This document shows, piece by piece, positions 11,976-21,847 of a stretch of DNA of 64,000 nucleotides. The notes below the pieces were generated by a model. It was not told the origin of the DNA, searched no databases, and saw only the letters and a list, made by a program, of their open reading frames with translations. The position numbers were made by a program, and so were the translations under genes. Within the stretch, counting starts at the first letter, position 1. Each line of letters begins with the position of its first letter. Source of the DNA: Nitrosopumilus sp. (GTDB lineage: Archaea; Thermoproteota; Nitrososphaeria; Nitrososphaerales; Nitrosopumilaceae); the NCBI GenBank assembly GCA_965197525.1, contig OZ240211.1, positions 2,112,001 through 2,176,000 on the forward strand, written 5' to 3'.

Positions 11976-12905
11976 TCAAGCATTAAATTTCTTAACGAGT
12001 TCTTGTAGATATTCGGTAAATCTGTCTATGAATCCATTGAATTCTTTTTTATCAATCTCTGCAATCAACAACTCTTCTTCTGCTCCCCATTCGAATACAT
12101 TGCCTTTCTTTACAAGTTTCTTTTTTTCTGCAAAATTATTTCGAAATCTTTCATAGTGCTCCAATGCAAAGTTAATTTTTTTGATTACGCACTCTTCCAT
12201 GGCTTCAGGATTTACTCCAAAATTCTTGGAAATTAGATACACATCCAGAAAATCCCTTGCCTTGATTCCTCTCCTAGTTAACAGTGCTCTGATCTTTTCG
12301 CTCAGGATTTCCTTTACATCATATAACCCAAAATGTATCTCTGAGGAATATTCATCATACTCGTCAAACACACCTTTTAGATCTCTGTGCTTTCCTCCAA
12401 TCAAGCTTTGCAGGCTCTTATTTTGTTGTTCCATGCATAATTCATCCATAAAATTTACCTGCACCTTCAAATCTACATCCTTTTTAAGAACTATTCCGTT
12501 ATAGTGAATATGAAACGTGGTTATTCTGCCACGGTTGGTTAACTCTACATATCTTCTATCACTTTTATCCCATTTAAAATCAAGATCTCGTTTGGCGGCT
12601 ATTCTTTCTAATATTCTTCCAGTCTGTTTCAGCACCTCTTCTAAATACCTGATAGTCTGACCTGATGTTTTTCCAACGAACTCTCCCTGTCTTTTCCAAG
12701 TAAAGTCAAGATCCTCGGAGAATCTATAGTATCCAAGATAACCTTTTATCAGACAGGTTCCACCCTTGAACAGAAAATTGTCCACAAAGTTTTTTTCACG
12801 GGATAGGTCGGCAAGTATTTGATGTAAGACGATGTCTTTCTCAATCTGTTCTTTTCTTGGAATTTTTTCTAATGCTGAGATTTGATCGATGAAATTCGAG
12901 TTCAT
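11976..12905 (-). CDS. AbiEii-type nucleotidyltransferase toxin (type IV TA)
   Basis: 'LFKGGTCLIKGYLGYYRFSEDLDF', 'EKIRALLTR..KARDFLD'. Confidence 0.9.
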   Translation of the reverse strand: MNSNFIDQISALEKIPRKEQIEKDIVLHQILADLSREKNFVDNFLFKGGTCLIKGYLGYYRFSEDLDFTWKRQGEFVGKTSGQTIRYLEEVLKQTGRILERIAAKRDLDFKWDKSDRRYVELTNRGRITTFHIHYNGIVLKKDVDLKVQVNFMDELCMEQQNKSLQSLIGGKHRDLKGVFDEYDEYSSEIHFGLYDVKEILSEKIRALLTRRGIKARDFLDVYLISKNFGVNPEAMEECVIKKINFALEHYERFRNNFAEKKKLVKKGNVFEWGAEEELLIAEIDKKEFNGFIDRFTEYLQELVKKFNA

Positions 12906-13537
12906 TTAATCAACGCATCCACTATCTTTGTAACTGATTTTGGATAGTGTTCAAGATATCCAAATATCTTTTTCTGAGAAATATTTTCAGCCCATTCAGA
13001 CACATCCATCACAATTCTTTCATCATCTTTTCCTTCTTGCTTCCACAAATAAACAAAGTCCAAAATTGTTTTCTCTGGATCAGAGTAACATAGAAGGCCT
13101 TCTTTCTTTATTCCAAAACCAAATAACTGTGGGGCAAGTTTGATAAATTTGAATTTGCGTTCTGCAATCTTGATTGATTTTTGCCGGAAGATAGAATCGC
13201 TGATTACTTTATCGATTACAAAATATTCATGCGTCATACTGTTCAACTTCAATGCGGATTGAAGGCTAAAATACCAGTTTTTTACGCCCTTCATCTCAAG
13301 ACCTTTTGCAACTAGTTCTAGATGGTTGTACTTTCCACTTCCAAGCACCAATCCTTCGGGTGACCTAACATAAAATATTCCTTTGAAGATCCTAGTTAGG
13401 TGGCCTCGATGAACAAAGTTTGTGACGGTTATGTCATAATTCAGATGCAATCTTTTGCAGTAATCTTTGAGAATCTCAGAGGTGACAAACTCCTTCTTCT
13501 CTATCCATAACTTGTTGAGTAACTTGCTTACTTTCAA
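12902..13537 (-). CDS. AbiEi-like antitoxin / transcriptional regulator
   Basis: N-terminal wHTH with 'RIFKGIFYV'; C-terminal 'SDPEKTILD'; 4-nt overlap with toxin. Confidence 0.82.
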   Translation of the reverse strand: MKVSKLLNKLWIEKKEFVTSEILKDYCKRLHLNYDITVTNFVHRGHLTRIFKGIFYVRSPEGLVLGSGKYNHLELVAKGLEMKGVKNWYFSLQSALKLNSMTHEYFVIDKVISDSIFRQKSIKIAERKFKFIKLAPQLFGFGIKKEGLLCYSDPEKTILDFVYLWKQEGKDDERIVMDVSEWAENISQKKIFGYLEHYPKSVTKIVDALIK

Positions 13538-13539
13538 TT

Positions 13540-13672
13540 ATATCACAATCTTTCACTATGTGATAGTTTATGATATATATAATAATCTTTCACTATGTGA
13601 TAGTTTATGATATATATCACAATCTTTCACTATATGATAGTTTATGATATATATCACAATCTTTCACTATGT
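13540..13672. repeat. 37-bp tandem repeat (~3.6 units) in abiE promoter
   Basis: AATCTTTCACTA recurs at 13547, 13584, 13621, 13658. Confidence 0.95.
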
Positions 13673-13998
13673 AAAATGTTATAATAGTCATGAAAAAAGT
13701 TTTTCGCTATCACAGTAGGTGAGATGTATCTAAAATCTAGTCGATTACGTTCCCAAATTAGGTCAACCTGATGATATAAAGTAATGACTGTACCAACAAC
13801 AACATCATGATGTTGCAAACGCATGTTAGTCTTGGCCGTGCAGACGTGTGTGACGGTCATGGAAAGGATACGTATGTCTTGTAACATGAGCGCATTATTT
13901 TAGGCAATATTTCAAAATGGCAACGGCAAGTCATGCATAGTATTCGGACTAAAGATCCGGACAAATTTTCTAAAAAATCATTACTGGTAGTTGAAAAA

Positions 13999-15250
13999 AC
14001 TGTCCGGATCTTTAATCAGATTACTATGCACATGTGGCGTGCCGTTCACATCAGCGTCTGTCACTGGGATAGGGTACGGCTACTGCAAAAGTTATGGCAT
14101 CAGTAGAGACGGGTTTGCGTGTTCCAAGAAGGCAAACCGTATGAAGAATTTCAGTATTATCGTCTTGCATGTTATCTTTGTCTTGAGATTGTCAGGACAT
14201 ACTCGCTGCTGTAGATATGGTGCCAACATCTGCGCGTTGAACAAAAGGATGATGTCATGAATAATAACGACACGTGTATGGACTCTTGCTTGCTAGTTGT
14301 TCTATGTTTCCTGGATTCTATACACCTGTACCATGTATCTATTATTGATCATCTGGACCGATACGCCTCTACAACGCTTCGGCCCGTTCATCTCACCGTG
14401 TTTGAATTTGCATGCTGTATCAATCGGAACGTTGATGGCAAACATGTGGATTACTTTTTCCTCTCTCTCGTAATCTTCTTCTAAAATGTTCAGTGTGATC
14501 TTTTCCTCTCTCGTGTCTCCGCCATCTGAGATCATGATATGCTGTGAGACTGTACCTCTTTTACCTGCCTTGGATTTGTTTATGGTCTTCTTGACGCCCT
14601 TTGTATGCGTTGCAGGTATCAGAAACTGCACATTTTTGGATCAGAGTATGTCTATCACATCAGCAGAAGAACATTTCCTGTCCAGTCGATGTTCTAATCC
14701 TGATATCCTTGTTTGTACACCCATCAACGAATTTTGAGATTATGTTCTGAATCTTGTCTCTCATTCTGACCGGTGTTGTTTCCTCCAGAAATGCTCTAGA
14801 ACCGCCGTCTACTGTACAGTTGATGGCAGTCAAGCAGTCGAAGACGTGATATGTTCCGTTCTTGAACTTTGAGATGATGGTGTTGAACATGCTGTACGTC
14901 TTGCCATATATTAGAAATGGTGTATTTGTCAATTACCACATCCACACGAGTTATGAACATGCCGTGTATTCTCGTCTCCGTCCTCATTACTGTGCAGTCT
15001 ACCATCTTGTGGTAGCGCGTCAGCAGCAGTCATGCCTGACTTGTTTTATCACGTCGGGCATCCATTTGTCGCACAATATGCGCTTGGCTTTTTTCGTTGT
15101 GTCCTATACAAACCAAGCGTTGTATGCACAGTATCTGCATACTGGCCGTACTTGCCCATGTCAAAGAATCGGGCCAAAAAGTTGCCATAACCGTACCAAG
15201 ACATTGCGTTTGTAAGAGCATTGAATCTTTGAGTTTGACAAAAACAATAC
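13999..15250 (-). pseudogene. Frameshifted ISH3-like (IS4 superfamily) transposase with terminal repeat TGTCCGGATCTTTA
   Basis: Fragments 'QFLIPATHTKGVKK', 'HMFAINVP', 'KNGTYHVF' in different frames; end motif also at 13949 (inverted) and 51785. Confidence 0.7.
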
Positions 15251-15599
15251 ACTCATAATTTTAAATGTCTTTTATGTGTAGACTTGTTGGAGTTTGTGGT
15301 TTTATGTCATGTGATTATGAACACTCATACTCTCCACTTTAACCTCCAATATATACAAAGATGTTGTTTTTGATGCGTTTTTATTCATAAATTATGAGGA
15401 TTTAGAAAAAAAATACAATTCCATCTACTGAATCTACAAACAAACATGACGTCACAAGAGGCTGATTATATCTTGCCTTGTAATTAAAGATACTTGCAAA
15501 TAGATCACTTGGAAAAGCCAAAATGCTCGAAATATCTGTAACCTCTTTTACTCTACTCAAATAGCAATTGAGAAATATCGGTTATTCTGCACATTAATT

Positions 15600-15700
15600 G
15601 CAGAGGTATCGAAGCCCGGTCAACCGAGAGGGACTCAAGATCTTTAATATAAGAAATCCCTTCTTTTAGGAGTTCGTGGGTTCAAATCCCACCCTCTGCA
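15600..15700 (+). tRNA. tRNA-Leu(CAA) with 16-nt intron (15640-15655)
   Basis: Acceptor GCAGAGG/CCTCTGC, anticodon arm AGGGA-CTCAAG^A-TCCCT, GGTTCAAATCC, long variable arm. Confidence 0.93.
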
Positions 15701-16030
15701 CTAATTTCATCTTGAATCTTCTAAAACTACATTGCTACTGTCTTTACCTTACTTACAGAATGGTGTAGAATCTGTTTATGCATCTGAGCTACCTGCTCAT
15801 CCTTAAATGACAGATTGCACCTAAAACATTTCCATACCATCTCAGACACACTTTAAACTCATACAAATTGCTTATAAAGATATTGAACAATTGATCTTAT
15901 TCGTTATAATACCTGATCATTGTTTTATAAAACTTGTAACTTTTACATGTTTTTCGATTATAATTGAATTATTTCGTTGTTTAATTCTGACACAAGGGTT
16001 TAGAAACAAAACACGTTATACTATAACACG

Positions 16031-16651
16031 ATGACTGATTTTTTTGATACATTTGCAGAGTTTTCATATCTGGGAATATTCTTTGTTTTGGTACTAATCA
16101 ATGCAGCCCCTATCTTGATGCCTCCTAGCTGGATTGTTCTTGCATCTTTTTATCTCATTGACCCTACTCTGGATATCATAATTCTTGCTATGGTTGGTGC
16201 AACAGGGGCTACCTTGGGAAGATTTACACTTAAACGAATAAGTGGGTTGTTTAGAAGATTTGTTGGAGAAGAACAAAAATCCAATCTTGACATAATTGGC
16301 AGTTACCTAAATAAGAAGAGATACGGCTATCTTGCAGCTTCTTTCTTGTTTGGCGCAACCCCGCTCCCAAGCAACATACTTTTTATCACCTATGGATTAA
16401 TGCGTGCAAAAAGTCTTGGAATCTATGTGGGGTTCTGGCTTGGTAGAACCATCTCGTATGCTATAATGATCTATATTGGAAACATCGTACTGAGTCCAAT
16501 CTTGGCTATCTTTGAGGATCGCCTCGTTGGGATTTTGCTAATTGACGGTGCAGGCATAGGTCTGATTATCTTGTTTGCATCCATTAACTGGACTGTACTT
16601 ATCACTGAACGCAAGATCAAGTTTGTCAGACCAAAGATATGGAGGCTCTGA
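16031..16651 (+). CDS. DedA/VTT-like membrane protein
   Basis: Multiple TM segments; 'GATLGR', 'FGATPLPS'. Confidence 0.65.
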   Translation: MTDFFDTFAEFSYLGIFFVLVLINAAPILMPPSWIVLASFYLIDPTLDIIILAMVGATGATLGRFTLKRISGLFRRFVGEEQKSNLDIIGSYLNKKRYGYLAASFLFGATPLPSNILFITYGLMRAKSLGIYVGFWLGRTISYAIMIYIGNIVLSPILAIFEDRLVGILLIDGAGIGLIILFASINWTVLITERKIKFVRPKIWRL

Positions 16652-17292
16652 TGGAATCAGTCACGTCTCTTAAAATTCAAGTAAAAGATACCATGTCAAG
16701 TAATCGTTATGATGCAGCTCATGACTTTGCTCATATCATGCGTGTGTACACAAATGCTCAGAGCATATGTAAAGAAGAAAAACAAGCCAACGAAAAACTT
16801 GTTCTCTATGCAGCACTGTTACACGATATAGTGTCATATCCAAAATCTGACAGACGATCCAAACTTGCATCATCTCACAGTGCCCGGCAAGCAAAGCAAA
16901 TTCTAGCAGATTATGATACTGATTTAAACCAAGAAGACGTCAATATCATTTGTGATGCCATCTATGATCACAGTTTCTCACAAAACAGGGTTCCAAGAAC
17001 TATCGAGGGCAAAATCCTTCAGGATTCTGACAGGTTGGATGCACTAGGATCCATAGGCATTGCAAGGGTATTTGCTACAGGCGGCTTGCTTCAAAGACCG
17101 TTTTATAATACAGATGATCCATTCTGTAAGATACGCACACCTGACGATACCGTTTGGACAGTCGATCATTTCTTTGCAAAGTTATTCAAGCTTGAAGGGT
17201 TGATGAATACGAAATCAGGAAAAGCAGAGGCTGAGAGGAGAACTAGAATCCTAAAAGAGTTTCTGAATAATCTAAAACAAGAGATCATCTAG
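16651..17292 (+). CDS. HD-domain phosphohydrolase
   Basis: 'AHDFAHIMRV', 'ALLHD', 'LQDSDRLDALG'. Confidence 0.9.
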   Translation: MESVTSLKIQVKDTMSSNRYDAAHDFAHIMRVYTNAQSICKEEKQANEKLVLYAALLHDIVSYPKSDRRSKLASSHSARQAKQILADYDTDLNQEDVNIICDAIYDHSFSQNRVPRTIEGKILQDSDRLDALGSIGIARVFATGGLLQRPFYNTDDPFCKIRTPDDTVWTVDHFFAKLFKLEGLMNTKSGKAEAERRTRILKEFLNNLKQEII

Positions 17293-17295
17293 AAT

Positions 17296-17610
17296 TTAGC
17301 CATAATCAACGTATCTGTCGTATCGCTTCTCTATCTCGTCGTTTGTCCCATTCTTTATCTTTGCATACTCGTCGTTTTTTCTCCATTCTATATACTTGCA
17401 AATATCTGCAAATGCCTCATCATCTTTTGGATATGACTCAAACACTGGTTCTACTAGTCGCAGATACTCTACTACCTTTTCTCGAAATTCTTCTCTTGTG
17501 GGTTTTTTGATTCCGTTCATTCTAAACCATACTACACTCCAGCTTGCACCTACAACATGTGGCAGTAAATCAAATGCTCTCTGAATCTCAAAGCGTTCGT
17601 CGTTTCTCAT
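17296..17610 (-). CDS. Hypothetical protein
   Basis: 104-aa ORF coupled to hemB stop. Confidence 0.7.
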   Translation of the reverse strand: MRNDERFEIQRAFDLLPHVVGASWSVVWFRMNGIKKPTREEFREKVVEYLRLVEPVFESYPKDDEAFADICKYIEWRKNDEYAKIKNGTNDEIEKRYDRYVDYG

Positions 17611-18587
17611 GATCCCTGAAGAAACCTTGCAGCTGATTTTGCAAAATACGTTACTATCATGTCAGCCCCTGCCCTCTTAATAGAGTACAGAATCTCTTCT
17701 GTAATCTCTTTTTCATCCAAGTAACCTAACTGAGATGCTGCCTTGACTAGCGCGTATTCTCCTGAAACGCTATACGCTGAAACTGGAATGTTAAATCTTC
17801 TTCTTGTTTCTGCAATTAAATCTAAATATGATAACGCAGGTTTTATCATTACAATGTCTGCCCCTTCATTAATATCTGATTCCACTTCTAGCATAGCTTC
17901 TCTTGTATTTGTATACGGCATCTGGTATGTCTTCCTGTCTCCGAATTTTGGAGCACCGTCAGCGGCATCTCTGAATGGTGCATAAAAATTAGAACGATGT
18001 TTGGCAGAATGTGACATTATGGAGACATCTGTGAATCCTTGATCATCTAGCGCTCTTCTTATTGTAGATACCTGGCCATCCATCATTGCAGATGGCGATA
18101 CTGTGTCCACTCCTGCTTTTGCTTGACTGACTGCAATCTTTCCTAGTATGTCTATGGTACTATCATTGTCAATCTTATTTTCTTGCAAAACTCCGCAATG
18201 TCCGGAAGATGTAAATTGACACAGACACACATCTGCCATGATTACTATATTTTTACCAAAATTTTCTCTAATATTTGATATTGCTTTTTGCACAATTCCA
18301 TCATCATCCCACGCTGATCTGCCTAATTCGTCTTTTGCAGTCGGAATTCCAAAAAGCATAACTGCCGGAACTCCTAAATCCGTGATTGTAGCAATCTCTT
18401 TATTTACATCATTTAATGGCAGTCTCTCAATATCTGGCATCGGTTCTATTTTGATCCTATTTTTTATGTCCTCTTGGACAAATATTGGAGCAATGAAATC
18501 TTTTGGAGACAAATTTGACTGTTGAACTAGATTTCTCATATTTTCTGTAGTTCTCATTCTACGCAGCCGTCTTCTCGGAAATGACAT
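17607..18587 (-). CDS. hemB: Porphobilinogen synthase (ALA dehydratase)
   Basis: 'DVCLCQFTSSGHCG', 'PSAMMDG', 'YQM', 'VMIKPAL', 'AYSVSGEY'. Confidence 0.96.
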   Translation of the reverse strand: MSFPRRRLRRMRTTENMRNLVQQSNLSPKDFIAPIFVQEDIKNRIKIEPMPDIERLPLNDVNKEIATITDLGVPAVMLFGIPTAKDELGRSAWDDDGIVQKAISNIRENFGKNIVIMADVCLCQFTSSGHCGVLQENKIDNDSTIDILGKIAVSQAKAGVDTVSPSAMMDGQVSTIRRALDDQGFTDVSIMSHSAKHRSNFYAPFRDAADGAPKFGDRKTYQMPYTNTREAMLEVESDINEGADIVMIKPALSYLDLIAETRRRFNIPVSAYSVSGEYALVKAASQLGYLDEKEITEEILYSIKRAGADMIVTYFAKSAARFLQGS

Positions 18588-18627
18588 CTGGTAATAACTC
18601 TGCTCAATATTATAATAATTCTTGCTA

Positions 18628-19890
18628 CTACTTGTCTTGTGTTTTGTAGTCAAATAATTCAGTTGCCATCTCCACTATCTCCTCTTTACCTTGTTCTGAT
18701 GCTCGTCTGATGTTATTCATTGGAGTTGAAACTATGCTCTCTACAATTGCTTTTGTCAACTCGTCGATTATCTTGATCTTTTTATCGTCTGTCTCATCGA
18801 GCATCTGCAGAGCTTTTGTCAGCTCTTTTGTTCGTAAATTCTCAATATTCTTAAACACGCTCTTTACCATTGGTTCTGCATCTAATCTTTTCATTGAAGC
18901 CTCTAATACTGACACCTCTTCGTTAATTATATTTTCAACTATTCGCACCTTGTTTAGCCGCGCATTCATGTTTTTTTCAACCATCTCTGCAATTTGGTCC
19001 AGATTCATAAGCTTGACTCCTCTGATCTCTGCAACTTTCTCATCAACTGTTCTTGGATTTGACAGATCAAGTATCATCATTCCGTTGTTCTTGTTCTTCA
19101 TTGCCTCTACTATTCTCTGATTTGTGACTAGAAAATACGGCGCAGTAGTTGCAACAAACAGTATGTCATAGTTTTTAAACTCTGATAGCACGTCTTCGAA
19201 TTTTATTGGGGTTCCACCGCCCATCGTTTCACAAAACGTCTCTGATCGTCTTATGGTTCTGCTAGTGACATCAAAGTTATATCCTCGTCTCTGCAGCGAC
19301 TTTGCAACAAGCGTTGATACTTCGCCTGTTCCCATTAGTAACACTCTCTTTGTCTTCAAATCCTCAATGTTCTCCTCTGCGATCTTTACTGCCATGGAGC
19401 CTACCGATATTCCACCTGCTCCTATTCCACTAGAGCTTCTGATACGAGTTCCAATCTTGATTGCCTTGTCAAACAGCGTGTTCAGATACTGCCCTGATGC
19501 TTTTTCTTCTCTTGCACCTGTAATGGAGTTTTTTATCTGGCCTAAAATTTGCTCTTCTCCTAGTACCATGGAGTCAAGTCCTGATGTCAATTTTAGTATA
19601 TGGTGGAATACTTTTTGATTCTCCACAAACTCTATATTTTCATCACATATATCTCTGTCAAGTCCTGCAATTGACGCCCATGTTTTTTTGATCTCCTCTG
19701 AATTATGCGTATTTGCCCTTCCAAATATCTCTATCCTGTTACATGTCTGAATGATTACGCACTCGTCTAACTTTGTATGACCTTTGAACTGTTTGTATGC
19801 ATCTCTGATATCTTTGATGGTAAACTGCTCAAGAATGTGAATTGGAGAGTTACGAAAAGTGACACGTGCATTAATAATATTTTGATTCAT
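18628..19890 (-). CDS. hemA: Glutamyl-tRNA reductase
   Basis: 'QTCNRIE', 'GLDSMVLGEEQILGQ', 'DLSNPR'. Confidence 0.95.
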   Translation of the reverse strand: MNQNIINARVTFRNSPIHILEQFTIKDIRDAYKQFKGHTKLDECVIIQTCNRIEIFGRANTHNSEEIKKTWASIAGLDRDICDENIEFVENQKVFHHILKLTSGLDSMVLGEEQILGQIKNSITGAREEKASGQYLNTLFDKAIKIGTRIRSSSGIGAGGISVGSMAVKIAEENIEDLKTKRVLLMGTGEVSTLVAKSLQRRGYNFDVTSRTIRRSETFCETMGGGTPIKFEDVLSEFKNYDILFVATTAPYFLVTNQRIVEAMKNKNNGMMILDLSNPRTVDEKVAEIRGVKLMNLDQIAEMVEKNMNARLNKVRIVENIINEEVSVLEASMKRLDAEPMVKSVFKNIENLRTKELTKALQMLDETDDKKIKIIDELTKAIVESIVSTPMNNIRRASEQGKEEIVEMATELFDYKTQDK

Positions 19891-20543
19891 CTCCAATTCT
19901 CCAATATTACCCTGGCTTCTTTTTCAGCTTTTTTTATCTGGCCGTCTTTTATTAACTGTTCAATCTTCTCGTTATTACTGATATGGCATAGATACTCTCT
20001 CCTGTTTTTCTGAATCGGTATATTTTTTTTTGCCATCTCTCGTGCCATCTCTTGAATTCTTATGTGCGCTACGTCCTCTTTGGTGATTACGTCTTTGAGC
20101 GCCTTCTCTATTCTTTCTTTAATCTTTTTTGAGATTATGGGGCTCTTGCCGCCTGTATGAATTGCTACCTTGACTGCTCCCTTAAAATCAATTACTGCGA
20201 GATTTGAGAAATCACTATTATCTGGATCGTCTGAACTGTACGCCATTACCATCTCTTTTTTGGCACCTTTGAGTATCTTTTGATTTGTCTCTTTGCTATT
20301 GGTAGTTGTGATGACGATGTCGGGCTTGAGTTTTAGAATTGGTTTTGCGTCTGCGACCTTTTTTTGTTTTACCAGTCTTATTTTTTTACTGTCTACCCAT
20401 CTCTTAATTGGTGCGTTTACTGCATCAGAGACTACCACTATCTTGCAGCCCTGATTCAACATACCCTTGATTCGTCTCTGTGCCTGTTCTCCTCCTCCGA
20501 CCACCACTATCTTCTTATCTTGAAGGTTTAGATTGACTATCAT
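19887..20543 (-). CDS. sirC: Precorrin-2 dehydrogenase / siroheme synthase N-terminal-like
   Basis: 'VVVGGG', 'VAIHTGGKSP'; ATG 20543 is the likely start. Confidence 0.85.
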   Translation of the reverse strand: MIVNLNLQDKKIVVVGGGEQAQRRIKGMLNQGCKIVVVSDAVNAPIKRWVDSKKIRLVKQKKVADAKPILKLKPDIVITTTNSKETNQKILKGAKKEMVMAYSSDDPDNSDFSNLAVIDFKGAVKVAIHTGGKSPIISKKIKERIEKALKDVITKEDVAHIRIQEMAREMAKKNIPIQKNRREYLCHISNNEKIEQLIKDGQIKKAEKEARVILENWR

Positions 20544-20698
20544 TTGATGTTCTGTTCTTTTTTTTCTATTTATGTGTGCAACATTGTTGACATTTGTAGG
20601 TAGTTTGGTAGTAGCCATCAGAAACACTTTGTTCTGTATTACATCGCTCTCTAAATAGGGAACGCAGGTTCTGTGAATATTTCTAATTAACAGAAATA

Positions 20699-21847
20699 TC
20701 ACATTTGATCTATCTCAAGCTGCTTATCATAAAGAAACGCCTGTTCTGGTAATAGTTTTTTTATAATTTTACCTGTATCGCTTGACCTGCCATATTTTGC
20801 TACAATTTCTTTAAACTTGTAAGTCTGATCTTTGTTTTCTAGTTGAGTCAGTTCGTAGAGTCCTTCAAAGACTTCTTTTGTCTTTTCGATAATCACTTCC
20901 ATATCTGCTCCATTGAATTTTTTTATCATCAAACTGATTAATGATTTAATCAATAAAATATCAGTTACATGCTGATATCTTTGATATCTATTATTTCCTA
21001 ATAACTCTGTTGTAAATTTTTCAAATCTTCCTTGGTATGATGAGTCTAATTTGATTTGGTTATCGATCCTTAGAATATCATTTGAAAAGGTGTTGAGATC
21101 ATCTAAAATTTCTTGAAATGTTGGGGCATGGTTTGTAAAATAAGATATCTCATCGCGTGATATCTGTCTAAACGTATCAAAGATTAATTCTAGAGGAAGC
21201 TCTCTTGAAATATTTTTTAGTAAAGTGGCAATGTCATAGATCTGTTTTGGCACGTCTGATTCCCTATTGGAATCTATCCCAATCGTCTTAAATGGAAGAG
21301 TGGTTAATTTATCTCCAATCAAAGAACCATGATCATAAATAGACAGTGGAAAATCTATCGGCAATCCAATAATTTCATCTTCACTGTGAATTAGTTTTGA
21401 CTGTATTTGCATATTGTTATTGTGGAAAATTTCAATTTTTAATTCAGGATTATCCTCAATAGATGATTGATAATTACAGAAATAGGTCAGCAGCGGTAAT
21501 TTTTTGTTTGGGTCTCTTCTAGGATTATGCGGATCCGATATTTTGATCACATCCGCAAGTTTTGCTGAAACTTGTTTCATGGCTTCAATTACTTCGCTTC
21601 TGGTTCGTTTTGTTACAATATCAATATCCACACTCAGTCTTCGCAGTTTTTTGTCAGATAAGTGAAAAGGCACTGCCATTCCTCCCTTTACAACACAATC
21701 CGGAAGTACCTTTTGAATATGTGTTAACATTTCAAAATCCATGATGAATTTTTCTAGCGGCAACAAATCTCTGAATCCGTGTTCTTTTCTTATCGCATCA
21801 ATATTTTTTTTATTTAAAAAATCTTGGAAATGTAATTCAACCATCAT
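20699..21847 (-). CDS. AbiEii-type nucleotidyltransferase (382 aa)
   Basis: 'VKGGMAV...RRLSVDIDIV', 'GDKLTTL', 'KQIYDI'. Confidence 0.85.
   Translation of the reverse strand: MMVELHFQDFLNKKNIDAIRKEHGFRDLLPLEKFIMDFEMLTHIQKVLPDCVVKGGMAVPFHLSDKKLRRLSVDIDIVTKRTRSEVIEAMKQVSAKLADVIKISDPHNPRRDPNKKLPLLTYFCNYQSSIEDNPELKIEIFHNNNMQIQSKLIHSEDEIIGLPIDFPLSIYDHGSLIGDKLTTLPFKTIGIDSNRESDVPKQIYDIATLLKNISRELPLELIFDTFRQISRDEISYFTNHAPTFQEILDDLNTFSNDILRIDNQIKLDSSYQGRFEKFTTELLGNNRYQRYQHVTDILLIKSLISLMIKKFNGADMEVIIEKTKEVFEGLYELTQLENKDQTYKFKEIVAKYGRSSDTGKIIKKLLPEQAFLYDKQLEIDQM

Noticed and set aside
13540-13672. 37-bp repeats as a CRISPR array
   Set aside because: Units are head-to-tail with no unique spacers and no cas genes in the window
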